IMG/VR virus record: IMGVR_UViG_3300015371_000014 | Span: 16,354 to 80,353 of that record | Source of the DNA: a virus | DNA: 64,000 nucleotides | Direction: 5' to 3' (one strand) | Shown: positions 19,076-29,846 of the stretch, in pieces | Layout of the letters: each line of letters begins with the position of its first letter | Position numbering within the stretch: the stretch's first letter is position 1 | The notes under the pieces: generated by a model | Database searches by the model: none | Seen by the model: only the letters and a program-made list of their open reading frames with translations | What the model was told of the DNA's origin: nothing | Made by a program: the position numbers and the translations under genes

Positions 19076-22000
19076 TGGCGCGGTACATCGTCGGCAAAAA
19101 GATCAACGACTTCTCTGGGGCCAGTGATGGTGCGTATGGGACGAATGCGTTCCATGCCCAGTATGCCGGGAAGGTTCGCACTCCTGGTCGTGTCGTTGGT
19201 GCGGGAGGATGGCTGGGTGGAGACGGCGTTGCCGTTAACCGGGCCAAGCTTGCTGTGTATTCGGGAGAGATGGCCTGGGATCCGCAGAATTCTTTGACCC
19301 CTCTGGCATGGTTCAAAGCTGATGCAATCACTGGGTTAGTGGATAACGATCCCGTGGCATCCTGGGCAAACCTTGGCTCATCGGGAGCCGCCGCCACGAA
19401 TGGAACCGGCGCACAGCGCCCTCTCTATAAAACCAACATCCTCGATGGGAAGCCGGTTGTCCGCTTTGATGGTTCGAATGACATCCTGACCGCGACCGGC
19501 GTCAACATCCCCGCCATCGCTTCGATCTTTGCGGTGTTCAAGACGCCCTCTAGTGGGGCGTCAGAGAAGGTTGTTTACGCAAGCACCGGAAACAATCACT
19601 CCCTCAGCCTCTTCCAGGTGAGTGCTTCTGACGCCACGATGGTTCAGCTTCCTTTTGCTCCTCAGTACTCCACTATCGAAGCACTCAGTACCTGGGAGAT
19701 TCATTCCAATATCTACAACACCACCGTCTCACGGGGCGCTCGTAATACTGTCAACTCTGCCAACTTTAGTTTGGGTACCTCTGGGGTTACAGCGGCGAAC
19801 CTGAGCATTGGCGCGGCGATTGGTGGTTCTCTTCCTGCCGGGATCGATCTGGCGGAACTGATCATCTTTAACACCGCTGTCGATCTCCCTACTCAGTACT
19901 CTATTGAAGGGTACCTTGCCTGGAAATGGGGCCTAGAGGGATTACTCCGCGCCGATCATTATTATAAAATCCTTCCGCCTATCACAGGTCAGGACGATCC
20001 TGTCAACGAGGATCCCTACAAACTCCTCCTAGAAACCAGCGAGTTCTCCATCCAGAACATCTGGAATGGCGAGCTTACGGGTGGAAAGAACTACGAAGCA
20101 GAAAGCAATCTTCCCTGGACCCCTGCAGAGATCTCCGCCACCCGTATGAAGTACTGGTTTGCGGCAGACAAATTGACAGGTGTCAGCAGCGGAGCGGGGA
20201 TTCCTCAACTCACAGACTTCTCAGGCAATGGAAACCACGCCACGCAGGCCACAGGAGCCAATCAGGCGACCTACCTCTCGAATGCTATCAACGGCCTCCC
20301 AGGGGCCAATTTTGATGGTGTGAATGACTATTACAACCTCCTTGGTCCGTCCTCGATCTCGATGAGTCAATCGATCTTCGTGGTCATCAAGGCTTCGGAT
20401 CAACCAATCGATCAAGCACTGATGACCTTTGCCGATAACAATGGTGGCCTTGGTTTTTATATCAATAGCACTGGGTTCCCTGCCCTCTACAAACAGGGAA
20501 CTGGGAATATCCTGGTGAGTGGGAACGCCGCTCCCGATAACGTGTTTTGTATTCTTGCCGCTAACTTTGTCCAAGGTGCTGCTGCAATCTATGTCAATGG
20601 TAACGGTTGGGGCGGAACGCACTCGATCACTCTTAGCGCTCCTGCGAATGGGTATCTGATTGGATGGTCTGACAACAACTCTCCTACAGGGCCGATTGCC
20701 GAAATCATCATTTTGCAAGAACCCTATCTCAAAGACACCGCTGAGCATTACCGGATTGAGGGCTATCTCTCTGCCAAGTACGGCATTGCCCTTCGTACTA
20801 ATCATCCCTATTACAACAACCCTCCCAAGCTGCGTGGTCCGGTGGTGCTTGAGGGGCAAGATCTCTTCGTCTCTGTCGCGGCAGCGGATGGTTTCTTTCG
20901 CGCTCCTGCCCGGTATGAAGCTGGCCGGAAGATGTGGATCCAGCCCACGTCGGATATCGATGCTCCTGATCCATGGGATTCTCCCTTTGAACACACCACT
21001 GAGAGTCTGTATGAAGTAGAGAACTTCATGTATGCCGTGGTGGAAGAGAATCGCCCTCCCGTTGTGACTTCAATGTCTCCTGGTAATGGGTCAGTGGTCA
21101 ACACGAACAAGCCAACGTTTTCTTTCTCGACCACTGACCCTGATCGCACTGATGGGTTTTTGGATTACATCAAGCGCAGCGTGATTCGTGTCTTTGAGAA
21201 GTTCAAAGACGGACTCAGTTATGCGGGTCAGATCTCCTATACCCCATCAATCATTCCTTCTGCTGGGTATACGCCAGAAGCGACGAGTTCAACTACATGG
21301 CCCATGTTCGTGCCATCGCGAGATCTCGCTAACCGGATGACCTCGCAACTTCAGAGCCTCTCGATCAATCAAGCCGATCTGACGGCGGTTGCTCTCTGGG
21401 GAGATCAGTCAGGGAATGGGAATACCGCGATCCAGAATACCGCTGGCAACAAGCCCACGTATCGCACAGGTCAGATCGCTGGCTTAGGAGCAGTTGACTT
21501 CGATCACCTCACCGCTGATTACATGAACATGGCGACGGTATCTGCCTCTTCAAGAGATGAGGCAATCTTCGCTGTGGTGAGAGTAGATAGTCTTAGCGGT
21601 ACGCTCTTCCGCATCATTCTTGGCCCCAGTGCAGTTGGTGGTCGTTTTCTGGGTATTGACACCACCGGGCATTTGCAGTGGGGGAAGTGGGGGACAACCG
21701 GGGTTATCTCAACCCCAACAATCACGACGGGTCAATGGGTCATTGTTCATGCGGTTGTCACACCTAACACGATCAGGTTAGGTATCAATGGGACAGTTGA
21801 TAACTTTATCGAATCCACCGCACTCACATCCTCACTAACGACAATTCTTGGGGCAGGAGTCATCGGCAGCGGGGTTGAGCAGTATTTCGATGGCATGATG
21901 GCTGACGTGATCCGCATGCCAGCCTCTGATCTTCGCCCTGGTGACGAGGAGAGAATCGTTGCCTACCTTGCTCATGGGTACGGACTGACCGCAAACCTTC

Positions 22001-25000
22001 CTGCTGCCCATCCTTACAAAACGATCTCTCCCGGCCTCCGCATGACCTTCATGCCCCCTGTTGCTGGAGCCAATACCACGCGCTATGAAGAGTGGAGAAC
22101 GAGTGAAGGATCTCCTGTAAACGGCGCGGTGGGAACCTGGACGGACAAAGGTACTCCTGCGGTTAACGCCTCTCAATCTACGACGGCAAACAAGCCTACC
22201 CTTGGCTCGAACAAGGTCAATGGGTATACCTCTGTTTCTTTTGATGGCGTCAATGACTATATGACCTCCGCGCTCTCCTCCTCTGTGCTTGACAGGGCGG
22301 TCTTTGCGGTGGTCAGGATGAAGGATCTTAGCTCCGTTCCCGCGCTTATGGGTACGAGTGGTGCTGGTGGATTGATTTATTACCTGGGAACCACTGGCAC
22401 GGTGAGGATCAACAAAAACACTGTTGGCGATATCGGAGCAGGATCGGTCAACCTTGTTCCTCTCTCAGAGTGGACGATTGTCCATTGGATCGTGAGAGCG
22501 ACCTCATGGGAAGTAGGAGTCAATGGGCGCAGGGAATTTGGCACCCATGCCCAAACACTTACCGCAGGACTCACTTCAACCATTGGTTCTGGCACCACGG
22601 GTGCTGGCAACTTCTTCAATGGCGACATTGCCACCATTATCTCCCTGCCTGCGTCTGACCTGGGAGTGAATGGCGTAGATCGAATGAATGGCTTCCTGGC
22701 CCATAAGTACGGGCTTGAAGCGAAACTGCCAGATGATCACCCATTCCGTTACGACGCCCCTGGGGATCCCGTAGAGCATCACTGGACCGTTGAAGTGATG
22801 GATGAGGTTGGGGGAGCTACGGGCACAGGGTATGGCGCTCGTACTGCTGATAGTGACCTTCCTGATGGTACGACAGAGTTCTATCCCTATCTTGGCCCGT
22901 GGGGACAAACGTCATTTCCGGTGCAGGACTCAAAGCTCTATTTACGGACACCCTATAACTTCAACATGACGATGCGGAATGATCTTGGCTCTGGCGCGGC
23001 GAATGCCCTGAGGGATCTTCGTATCCGCACCCTGAAAAAGAACACTTCCGGAGAGTACGAGGTCGAGCAGGATCCAGGGTGGTTCGATTACGAATTCTGG
23101 TCTGGTAGCACCGTCTCTCCTGGGGGCGCGGTCAACTTCTATTGGTGGATGGCGAATCTTCAACCTCTAGCAATGGGGGCTGATTACCGGGTGGAATTTA
23201 TGCTACGAGACAAATCCCTCAGGGAAAGTCCGTGGCAGAGTGCGATTAACTTCCACACGAACTACATCCCTGACCAGGGAACGATCTCTTCGCCGGTTTC
23301 ACCCACAGCGGTCACCGGATTCCCTCTTGTCCTGGGAACAGTGGATGATGCCGACGATACGGCAATTGCATGGTTTAGCGAGCTTTCCAGTCAACTTCTT
23401 GTCTACTCAACTGTGGGCAGCCTTGGCTCTGGGAACGGTCAATTCAATGCCCCGATGCAGATTGCCAGCGACGGCTCAGGAAATATCTATGTGGCTGATA
23501 GCGCGAATGGTCGCTATCAGAAGGTGGATTACGTCTCAGGGTATATCAGCCAGAACACCCTCCCTCTTGTTGGGGTTTCGGGTATTGATATTGACACAGC
23601 AACAGGGGATGTCTTTATCGCCCAGCCTAACGGGACCGTGAGCGAGATCATTCGCTACAACTCAGCCGGAACTCAACTCGCTGTTCACGGCAATATCGCC
23701 TACAGACCGTTGATGATTGAAATTGGCTCGATTTCTGGCAGTGGGAACAAGGGTTTGTTCTACGCCAAGGATCGGCAAAGAACGTTGTGGGTCAGTGACA
23801 TCAATACCGCAGGAACTGTGGGCGGGGGAACGACGATCACCTCTGGGATCGGTGACTCCATGCTTACAAGTGGATGGGGTGTCTATGCTGGGGCCTGGGT
23901 CTGGGTGGCGGATAATGCCCAAGCCTCCCTGAAGGGGTTCTGGAACTACGGTACGTTGGCCTATGAGATTTCGGACTACCTTCGTATTCTGTCGCCCATT
24001 GGTATTGCGGAGGAGCCGTTGACACGCAATGTCTGGGTTACTGACAACCTCTCTCATACCATCATGGAGTACTCAAAAGAGGGAGAGTTCCTGCGCCAGT
24101 GGGGAGGGTATGGCAGCGCTTCAGGCAAGCTCAATGATCCCATGAGCTTGGACTGGCTTCTGTACAACTACGGCATGGTTATCGTGTCTGATTCAAGCAA
24201 TAACCGGGTTCAGACGCTTTCTATTCTGGGCGGGAGCTTCGATGCTGTGTCCAAGGGGTACTGTGCAGAGGTTGCTATCCAGGGGCCAATGACGGTCACA
24301 AACCAAGATTTCAACACCAGTGCCAGTGGGTGGGTAAATGAGGTTTCAGGCACTATTACTGCCTCTTCTCCAGCTATCAACACCCTTTCCCCTTACGATG
24401 GGACTGGTCACCTGAGATCCACGATCACCGCTGCTACCGTGACTGCTGTGGATAAGAGCGTTTATGCCGCTGTCAGGATGAACTCTGGTATTGGCTTCCC
24501 GGTGGTGCCAGGAAATGTCTATGGTGTCAAGGCGAAATTCCGCCGCAGCAACACGTCCTGGTACGGCAGATTGGCGATTCGCTGGATACGCGCAGATGGC
24601 ACGTACGAACAGCAGAGCTTCGGAGAGATCGTTCGTCCTACAGCGAATGTGTGGACTGAGGCATCCGTTTCTGATGTCTGCCCTCTGAATGCCACGGTCG
24701 GAGTCATTGTCCTGCTTGGCGCTCCTGACAAGGTAAGTCCTACAGTACCAGTAGATCTCGACTGGGATATGGTGAAGATCGATGACGGGGTGCGCTTCCT
24801 TCGCCCCATGACCTATATCGCTGGCGACAGCTTTAGTTACCAAATGGTCAGTGGAGATATGACTGCTAAAGGCGCATACACCCTCCAGATGCGTGGCAGG
24901 GATAACAATAGTGCCGGTCCCTGGTCTGATCCGATTTCAATCAATTACGTTGACGGTCCTGCGGCAACGCTTTTGACACCTGTCAGCGGTCAGGTCTTCA

Positions 25001-25224
25001 ACACAGCCACTCCGTACTTCAACTGGATCCTCACCGCAGGAGAGCAGTGGGAGTTCAGAGTCGAGGTTTTGGATGCGGTGACCGGGGCTACGGTCTATGA
25101 CTCTGGCTGGATCCAAAGTGTCTCTGCGAGAACCTTCCAGGTACCAGTGGGGTATTTAGTTGATGGTGGGTCATACTTCGGTCGGTTGTCGATAGGCAAC
25201 GGCCAGATTCAGGTTCTGGTGTAG
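19075..25224 (+). CDS. large tail/receptor-binding protein: 4 LamG/concanavalin-like modules, NHL repeats, CBM-like and Ig-like domains
   Basis: Repeated W.D.SGNGN.A.Q..FDG.ND..EGYLA.KYG..HPY modules; GSGNGQFNAP..IYVADSAN and GKLNDP..VSDSSNNRVQ NHL motifs. Confidence 0.8.
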   Translation: MARYIVGKKINDFSGASDGAYGTNAFHAQYAGKVRTPGRVVGAGGWLGGDGVAVNRAKLAVYSGEMAWDPQNSLTPLAWFKADAITGLVDNDPVASWANLGSSGAAATNGTGAQRPLYKTNILDGKPVVRFDGSNDILTATGVNIPAIASIFAVFKTPSSGASEKVVYASTGNNHSLSLFQVSASDATMVQLPFAPQYSTIEALSTWEIHSNIYNTTVSRGARNTVNSANFSLGTSGVTAANLSIGAAIGGSLPAGIDLAELIIFNTAVDLPTQYSIEGYLAWKWGLEGLLRADHYYKILPPITGQDDPVNEDPYKLLLETSEFSIQNIWNGELTGGKNYEAESNLPWTPAEISATRMKYWFAADKLTGVSSGAGIPQLTDFSGNGNHATQATGANQATYLSNAINGLPGANFDGVNDYYNLLGPSSISMSQSIFVVIKASDQPIDQALMTFADNNGGLGFYINSTGFPALYKQGTGNILVSGNAAPDNVFCILAANFVQGAAAIYVNGNGWGGTHSITLSAPANGYLIGWSDNNSPTGPIAEIIILQEPYLKDTAEHYRIEGYLSAKYGIALRTNHPYYNNPPKLRGPVVLEGQDLFVSVAAADGFFRAPARYEAGRKMWIQPTSDIDAPDPWDSPFEHTTESLYEVENFMYAVVEENRPPVVTSMSPGNGSVVNTNKPTFSFSTTDPDRTDGFLDYIKRSVIRVFEKFKDGLSYAGQISYTPSIIPSAGYTPEATSSTTWPMFVPSRDLANRMTSQLQSLSINQADLTAVALWGDQSGNGNTAIQNTAGNKPTYRTGQIAGLGAVDFDHLTADYMNMATVSASSRDEAIFAVVRVDSLSGTLFRIILGPSAVGGRFLGIDTTGHLQWGKWGTTGVISTPTITTGQWVIVHAVVTPNTIRLGINGTVDNFIESTALTSSLTTILGAGVIGSGVEQYFDGMMADVIRMPASDLRPGDEERIVAYLAHGYGLTANLPAAHPYKTISPGLRMTFMPPVAGANTTRYEEWRTSEGSPVNGAVGTWTDKGTPAVNASQSTTANKPTLGSNKVNGYTSVSFDGVNDYMTSALSSSVLDRAVFAVVRMKDLSSVPALMGTSGAGGLIYYLGTTGTVRINKNTVGDIGAGSVNLVPLSEWTIVHWIVRATSWEVGVNGRREFGTHAQTLTAGLTSTIGSGTTGAGNFFNGDIATIISLPASDLGVNGVDRMNGFLAHKYGLEAKLPDDHPFRYDAPGDPVEHHWTVEVMDEVGGATGTGYGARTADSDLPDGTTEFYPYLGPWGQTSFPVQDSKLYLRTPYNFNMTMRNDLGSGAANALRDLRIRTLKKNTSGEYEVEQDPGWFDYEFWSGSTVSPGGAVNFYWWMANLQPLAMGADYRVEFMLRDKSLRESPWQSAINFHTNYIPDQGTISSPVSPTAVTGFPLVLGTVDDADDTAIAWFSELSSQLLVYSTVGSLGSGNGQFNAPMQIASDGSGNIYVADSANGRYQKVDYVSGYISQNTLPLVGVSGIDIDTATGDVFIAQPNGTVSEIIRYNSAGTQLAVHGNIAYRPLMIEIGSISGSGNKGLFYAKDRQRTLWVSDINTAGTVGGGTTITSGIGDSMLTSGWGVYAGAWVWVADNAQASLKGFWNYGTLAYEISDYLRILSPIGIAEEPLTRNVWVTDNLSHTIMEYSKEGEFLRQWGGYGSASGKLNDPMSLDWLLYNYGMVIVSDSSNNRVQTLSILGGSFDAVSKGYCAEVAIQGPMTVTNQDFNTSASGWVNEVSGTITASSPAINTLSPYDGTGHLRSTITAATVTAVDKSVYAAVRMNSGIGFPVVPGNVYGVKAKFRRSNTSWYGRLAIRWIRADGTYEQQSFGEIVRPTANVWTEASVSDVCPLNATVGVIVLLGAPDKVSPTVPVDLDWDMVKIDDGVRFLRPMTYIAGDSFSYQMVSGDMTAKGAYTLQMRGRDNNSAGPWSDPISINYVDGPAATLLTPVSGQVFNTATPYFNWILTAGEQWEFRVEVLDAVTGATVYDSGWIQSVSARTFQVPVGYLVDGGSYFGRLSIGNGQIQVLV
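20173..20186. repeat. 14-bp palindrome, 1 mismatch (intragenic)
   Basis: TTGACAGGTGTCAG. Confidence 0.75.
24973..24986. repeat. 14-bp palindrome, 1 mismatch (intragenic)
   Basis: TTGACACCTGTCAG. Confidence 0.75.
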
Positions 25225-25233
25225 GAGACAGGC

Positions 25234-25995
25234 ATGGCAACAGTTCCCTTTACGGTTGACTTCACTGCCCCAGGTGCTTTGTCGTCCTTGACAGCCACCA
25301 ATACCTCGCTGGCGTTTGATCCCCCAGGAACAGGATCAACGCATAGCCTGATCTGGACTCCAGTCACAACTGCGCCAGAGAACCTGATCCGGATCGAAGT
25401 CTGGAGTGAAGATGCGTTTGAGGCCAGGAAGGTCGCGCAGTTTACCGATCCTGCTGTTACGTCGCTCCTGTATTACTTTCCACGGGTTGGTATCCCGATT
25501 ACCTATAAAGTATTCCAGATCATTCGGTCGGGAGCCGCTACCTTAATTGGCCTCTCTGCTCAGGCCACGATTACCGCGACCAGTAAGTGCCTCAGCCTTG
25601 TTTCTGTGGTCAACCCTGTAGCCCACCGGATTGCCCTGCAAGCCTGGAGTGATTTCGGAGAGACACTGCAACAAAACCAGGAATGGGGAATCCCAGCTGG
25701 AGGTCAGGACTACTTTGAGGTTGGAGGATCGCTGCGAGGTACGGACATCAACATCGCAGCAGAACTCTTCAATCGTACGGATGGGTCAGGGATCACTGCC
25801 CTGGATGAGAAGCTGGCCCTAGAGGCACTCTTCAAGGCTATTCCGCCAGAGACGGTCTGCTTACGTCATCCCCGTGGCGGGAAGTGGTTTGGCCGGTTCA
25901 ACGGCAGCTGGAGCTTCCCGTATATCTATGGCGGGGAGCGATATCGCGCCAGTGGTGGGTTCAGGAAAACCTCCTTTGTGGAGGGGAATCTATGA
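25234..25995 (+). CDS. minor tail protein
   Basis: Position; beta-rich; C-terminal CLRHPRGGKWFG pattern. Confidence 0.6.
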   Translation: MATVPFTVDFTAPGALSSLTATNTSLAFDPPGTGSTHSLIWTPVTTAPENLIRIEVWSEDAFEARKVAQFTDPAVTSLLYYFPRVGIPITYKVFQIIRSGAATLIGLSAQATITATSKCLSLVSVVNPVAHRIALQAWSDFGETLQQNQEWGIPAGGQDYFEVGGSLRGTDINIAAELFNRTDGSGITALDEKLALEALFKAIPPETVCLRHPRGGKWFGRFNGSWSFPYIYGGERYRASGGFRKTSFVEGNL

Positions 25996-27956
25996 CCCTC
26001 ATCCCGTCCGCGACAAACCTCGTTCACAACCCTCGCCCCACGTCTGCCACCTATATTTCGGTGACTGGCGGATCGGTTCCGTTTGTCACTGATCGCTCGT
26101 ATTCAGGCACTGGATCAATCTTTGCCACCATCAACAATGGCGCAACACTCCAGTGGCAAATCGCTACTGCTGGTGACTCCGATATCACATCACTCCCAAG
26201 TGGCGGGACGTATTACGGAGCTTTCCATGTTTCTGGCCCCTTCTCAGGAGCGAACATCCTCGCCTGGATTCGGCTGACCTACACGGATGCCACCACGACT
26301 GACGGCGCAACCGTTGCGGTGACGAGTACCTCGACGCGGTTTGAACGCGTGACCTTACCATCCGTTGCCGCCACTCCTGGCAAGACCGTCAATTTCATCG
26401 AGATTCGCGTCTTCAATAACAGTGGCGCATCCTTCTCGGGATATATTGGTGGGGCGGATGTTCGTAGAAATCAGGCTATCGATGGGTTTGTCCATGGTAG
26501 TGGTGGGGCAAATTACTCCTGGGTAGGGACCGTAAACAACTCTCCCTCCCTGCGTGCTGCGTTCAACACGACGCCGATCATCGGCTCTGGGGGATCGATC
26601 TACCCTAGTATCAAAATCTATGTGGTAGATCGTCAGAATAACATCATCAGGGATATCACCTCTCATTATGTGGATGGTGATATCGGGTATGACATGGATG
26701 CAGAAACCTGGAAAGGGACGTGCCGCATCATTCTGGATGACCCCAGCCTGATCACTCCTCTGGGGGTGGAGTTCCTGCGTGTGGTGATGAGGCTTGACTA
26801 TCCTGATGGAACCTCTCAAGAGGGATCGTTAGGGCAGTTTATGGTGGATCTTCCCTCAGAGCGGTGGAGTTCAGGACGCGATCAGTGGACCTATCAAGGG
26901 AAGGATCTCCTGGCCTTCCTGGCGCAGCACCAGGGGGCAATCTCTACCTCTGGGGGTGGCCTTACCGCACGCGGTGGCATGGCCTTTGCGGCTGGGGTTT
27001 CATACCAAGCGGCCCTGGATTATATCTTCTTCACCGTGGTGGGTTTGGCACGATGGCAAGTATCGCTTCCCGCTATTCCGCAGACGTTTCCCTCTGATTT
27101 TGCCTGGGAACGCGGCACCTCGATGCTGAGGATTGTGACGGATATTCTCCTGGCGGTAGGGATGCAAGCCCCATGGGTTAATCCTCTAGGGGTGATCACC
27201 TCTGCCCCAGCCGGAACAAATCCCGCCATCATCGCCCCGTCGATCACGCTGGCAACCGGACCAAACTCTCCGATTCGCTGGCCGTTCCAGGTGGACCCTG
27301 ATGTCGGTGGTATTGCCAACCGGGTCCAGGTCATCTCTTCGATACACGTTATCAATCACACCTGGGTGCCGGGATATATCGTTGGTGTTCCTGATGGCAC
27401 GCTTCCAATGGCGGGGAGTGTGTTCGGGACGGCCTACGAAGAGTCGGTGATTGAGGCAGAGAAGAGAAAGAAAAAGAAGCACGGCAAAGGAAGGAAGCCA
27501 CCCCCGCCACCCCCTGGGGTACCAGAGGAGTCGCCAACAGATTCCGGTCCAGACATCCCTGGGTACTGGCTAGAGGGTGATGATCCGGTCTTCGGTATCG
27601 CGGTGAATAACGACCCATCCCACCCAATCTCCACCGTACGCCTGGGGAGGGTGATTGACCTTCCGGATATCAACGTGCCTCAGGTGGCAAGTCAGGCAGA
27701 GGCTGATGCTCTCGCGAATCAAGCGCTGATCAAGGCATCGTCTCTCCCAATGCGAGCCAGGGTTACCACAATCCCGATGCTGCGGGGCCTGAATGAAGTG
27801 TATGAACTCGACATGACCGATGCGGATGGCACGCCGATTGACTCTGGGCAGGGAAGATATTTCTGCCGGGGCTGGACGATCCAGTTAGGTCTACCATGGG
27901 ATATGGTTCACACCCTCTCCAGAGTGATTGACTTCGCCAGTACCCCGTACTTCTAG
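25992..27956 (+). CDS. tail tip/baseplate hub-like protein with an N-terminal CBM-like domain
   Basis: GAGGGG RBS and ATGA overlap at 25992; SLGQFMV..YQGKDLL..IANRVQV hub-like pattern. Confidence 0.65.
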   Translation: MTLIPSATNLVHNPRPTSATYISVTGGSVPFVTDRSYSGTGSIFATINNGATLQWQIATAGDSDITSLPSGGTYYGAFHVSGPFSGANILAWIRLTYTDATTTDGATVAVTSTSTRFERVTLPSVAATPGKTVNFIEIRVFNNSGASFSGYIGGADVRRNQAIDGFVHGSGGANYSWVGTVNNSPSLRAAFNTTPIIGSGGSIYPSIKIYVVDRQNNIIRDITSHYVDGDIGYDMDAETWKGTCRIILDDPSLITPLGVEFLRVVMRLDYPDGTSQEGSLGQFMVDLPSERWSSGRDQWTYQGKDLLAFLAQHQGAISTSGGGLTARGGMAFAAGVSYQAALDYIFFTVVGLARWQVSLPAIPQTFPSDFAWERGTSMLRIVTDILLAVGMQAPWVNPLGVITSAPAGTNPAIIAPSITLATGPNSPIRWPFQVDPDVGGIANRVQVISSIHVINHTWVPGYIVGVPDGTLPMAGSVFGTAYEESVIEAEKRKKKKHGKGRKPPPPPPGVPEESPTDSGPDIPGYWLEGDDPVFGIAVNNDPSHPISTVRLGRVIDLPDINVPQVASQAEADALANQALIKASSLPMRARVTTIPMLRGLNEVYELDMTDADGTPIDSGQGRYFCRGWTIQLGLPWDMVHTLSRVIDFASTPYF

Positions 27957-27966
27957 GGAGTTATCA

Positions 27967-28971
27967 GTGGTTGCAAGGGACATCAAATCCGGTCACCCTC
28001 GTACCTTGAATACGCATCAGGAGATGCAGTCCAGGGATGTGCAGAGGGCGCAAGCAAATCAGGTTCCTCCAGTCGAGAGATCTGGATTGCATCTGGATAC
28101 CGTGGTTGGGGTCAACGCTGATGGCGATGTGATGCTGGATCGCTTCACGAACGATCAGGGCGTAGGTCAGTTCTTTTCCTGCCTCAATCATACCGCCCCG
28201 ATCATTGGCGACAACGTCATCTATGGCTATGTGGATGATGCGCCCTTTGTCCTGGGGAAGATGCCCGATTTCAACCAGCACTGGAGAGTACCGGCGCGAG
28301 GGCTGAGAGACACCTTCGATTACGACGATTTCGAGGGATACATTATCAGCGGAGCAAGTCTCTTTTCGAAGTTCTACTGGGTACTCTCCTCGACCGCAAA
28401 CTCTGTCTTCGTGACCCCTACCGCAGCGTTTCCAGAACACCCCGGCGAGATCGATATGAACATCAACACAGCCGGGGTGGTGGGGAACTATTCTGTGATG
28501 TACGCCGGAGCCTTGACGTGGGCCATGGCGAACTATCATCAGTTTGAGTGGATGGTATGGGCGAGTAACGTAACGAATGGTGTCTGTCAGTGCCTTGCCG
28601 GTTTGACTGACCATTCAGTGAACTTTACCAACTGCTTTCTCTTCACGAATCAATACAACGCCACTACGGGAGCGAATAGATGGGTTGCCCTGTGCAACAT
28701 TGGTGGCGTTGGTCAGTACACCCTTGACCTTGGCATTGACTTCATCAGTACCCACTATTACATCTTGAACGTTCGAAACCTGGATGGAGTTCGCTGGGTG
28801 GCGACGATTGTAAACACGACGAATGGAGATATGTCCGTTCAACCAATCAAGTTTGTCCCAACCGTCTACATGGTTCCTGTTATGAGGAACTACCAGCTTG
28901 CTGCCAGTGCGCTCACCAAAGACTACATCGTTGACTACTTCGCGTGGTCAAAGAGGGATCTTGCTCGATGA
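27967..28971 (+). CDS. minor tail/tip protein
   Basis: GGGAG RBS; N-terminal OB-like PIIGDNV..PFVLGK; beta-sandwich C-terminus. Confidence 0.55.
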   Translation: MVARDIKSGHPRTLNTHQEMQSRDVQRAQANQVPPVERSGLHLDTVVGVNADGDVMLDRFTNDQGVGQFFSCLNHTAPIIGDNVIYGYVDDAPFVLGKMPDFNQHWRVPARGLRDTFDYDDFEGYIISGASLFSKFYWVLSSTANSVFVTPTAAFPEHPGEIDMNINTAGVVGNYSVMYAGALTWAMANYHQFEWMVWASNVTNGVCQCLAGLTDHSVNFTNCFLFTNQYNATTGANRWVALCNIGGVGQYTLDLGIDFISTHYYILNVRNLDGVRWVATIVNTTNGDMSVQPIKFVPTVYMVPVMRNYQLAASALTKDYIVDYFAWSKRDLAR

Positions 28972-29339
28972 TCTACACAATGCCTAAGAACACCTCGATT
29001 CAGGATCTCTTTGCTCGTGACAGCAGTAACGCCGAAACGATTCTCACGCGTCTGGCAGAAGGACTGACGAGTCGAGGGTATGTCCTGGGTAGTCTGGGGG
29101 TGTACCTCTGTGGCATCGGAGATATCTGTGTCGATGCTGATCGAGATCCCAGCCAGGATTGGATAACGTACGTCCCTCCAGCGCAATCAAGTAAGGAAAT
29201 CACTGAATCCACCAAGGTTTCGCGAGCCTTAGCAGGGCTAGAACGAGCAAGGGCAGGTACTCTTACCCCGGCAGGGATGCAGGAAGCGGTCGCCTTCTTG
29301 CTAGAAGCAGAACTCAGACGCAGGGGAATTGCGACATGA
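28968..29339 (+). CDS. hypothetical protein
   Basis: ATGA overlap with the upstream gene. Confidence 0.6.
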   Translation: MIYTMPKNTSIQDLFARDSSNAETILTRLAEGLTSRGYVLGSLGVYLCGIGDICVDADRDPSQDWITYVPPAQSSKEITESTKVSRALAGLERARAGTLTPAGMQEAVAFLLEAELRRRGIAT

Positions 29340-29363
29340 GACAAGACTGCCAGAGAGGGAGCC

Positions 29364-29846
29364 ATGTACGTACTCAATCCCCTGCTGCTCAAAACAGTGG
29401 CAGCGGTGATCATTACGATGACAGCCCTGCAAGACGTAGGAATTACGTCTGGCCCATCCGACAATATCTGGTATCTCATCTTTGTTACACTTGCCGGGGC
29501 GGCGACAGGCTTAAGCAGTGTGACCTACCGGGAGATGCGCCACGGTCGGGATCGATCAGAGAAGCAAGTTGACGAACTCTCGCCAGCACTCAACAAAGCG
29601 ACGGGGTCACTGAATGAACTCACAGCTGGTACCCGTGAATACCGAACGCTTTTGGCGGATATTGTCAGCGGTCTACAACGTCTCGATAACTCCGTTCGAG
29701 AGATCGCGGCAGCGCTTCGCACAAATCGTGAGCTTGTGGAGGATGCCCGACGAGACATTGAGACACTCTCCCGCCGCATGGACGACATTATCCGCCTTCA
29801 AGGAGGAAATCCCGACGAGCGACCCTCCCCCCGAAGACGCCCATGA
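29364..29846 (+). CDS. membrane protein with coiled coil (lysis module)
   Basis: Two hydrophobic segments then heptad repeats; GAGGGAG RBS. Confidence 0.65.
   Translation: MYVLNPLLLKTVAAVIITMTALQDVGITSGPSDNIWYLIFVTLAGAATGLSSVTYREMRHGRDRSEKQVDELSPALNKATGSLNELTAGTREYRTLLADIVSGLQRLDNSVREIAAALRTNRELVEDARRDIETLSRRMDDIIRLQGGNPDERPSPRRRP

Noticed and set aside
19075-28971. Diversity-generating retroelement or inteins in tail genes
   Set aside because: No reverse transcriptase, no near-identical TR/VR pair noticed, and the inserted modules lack C..HN splice motifs.
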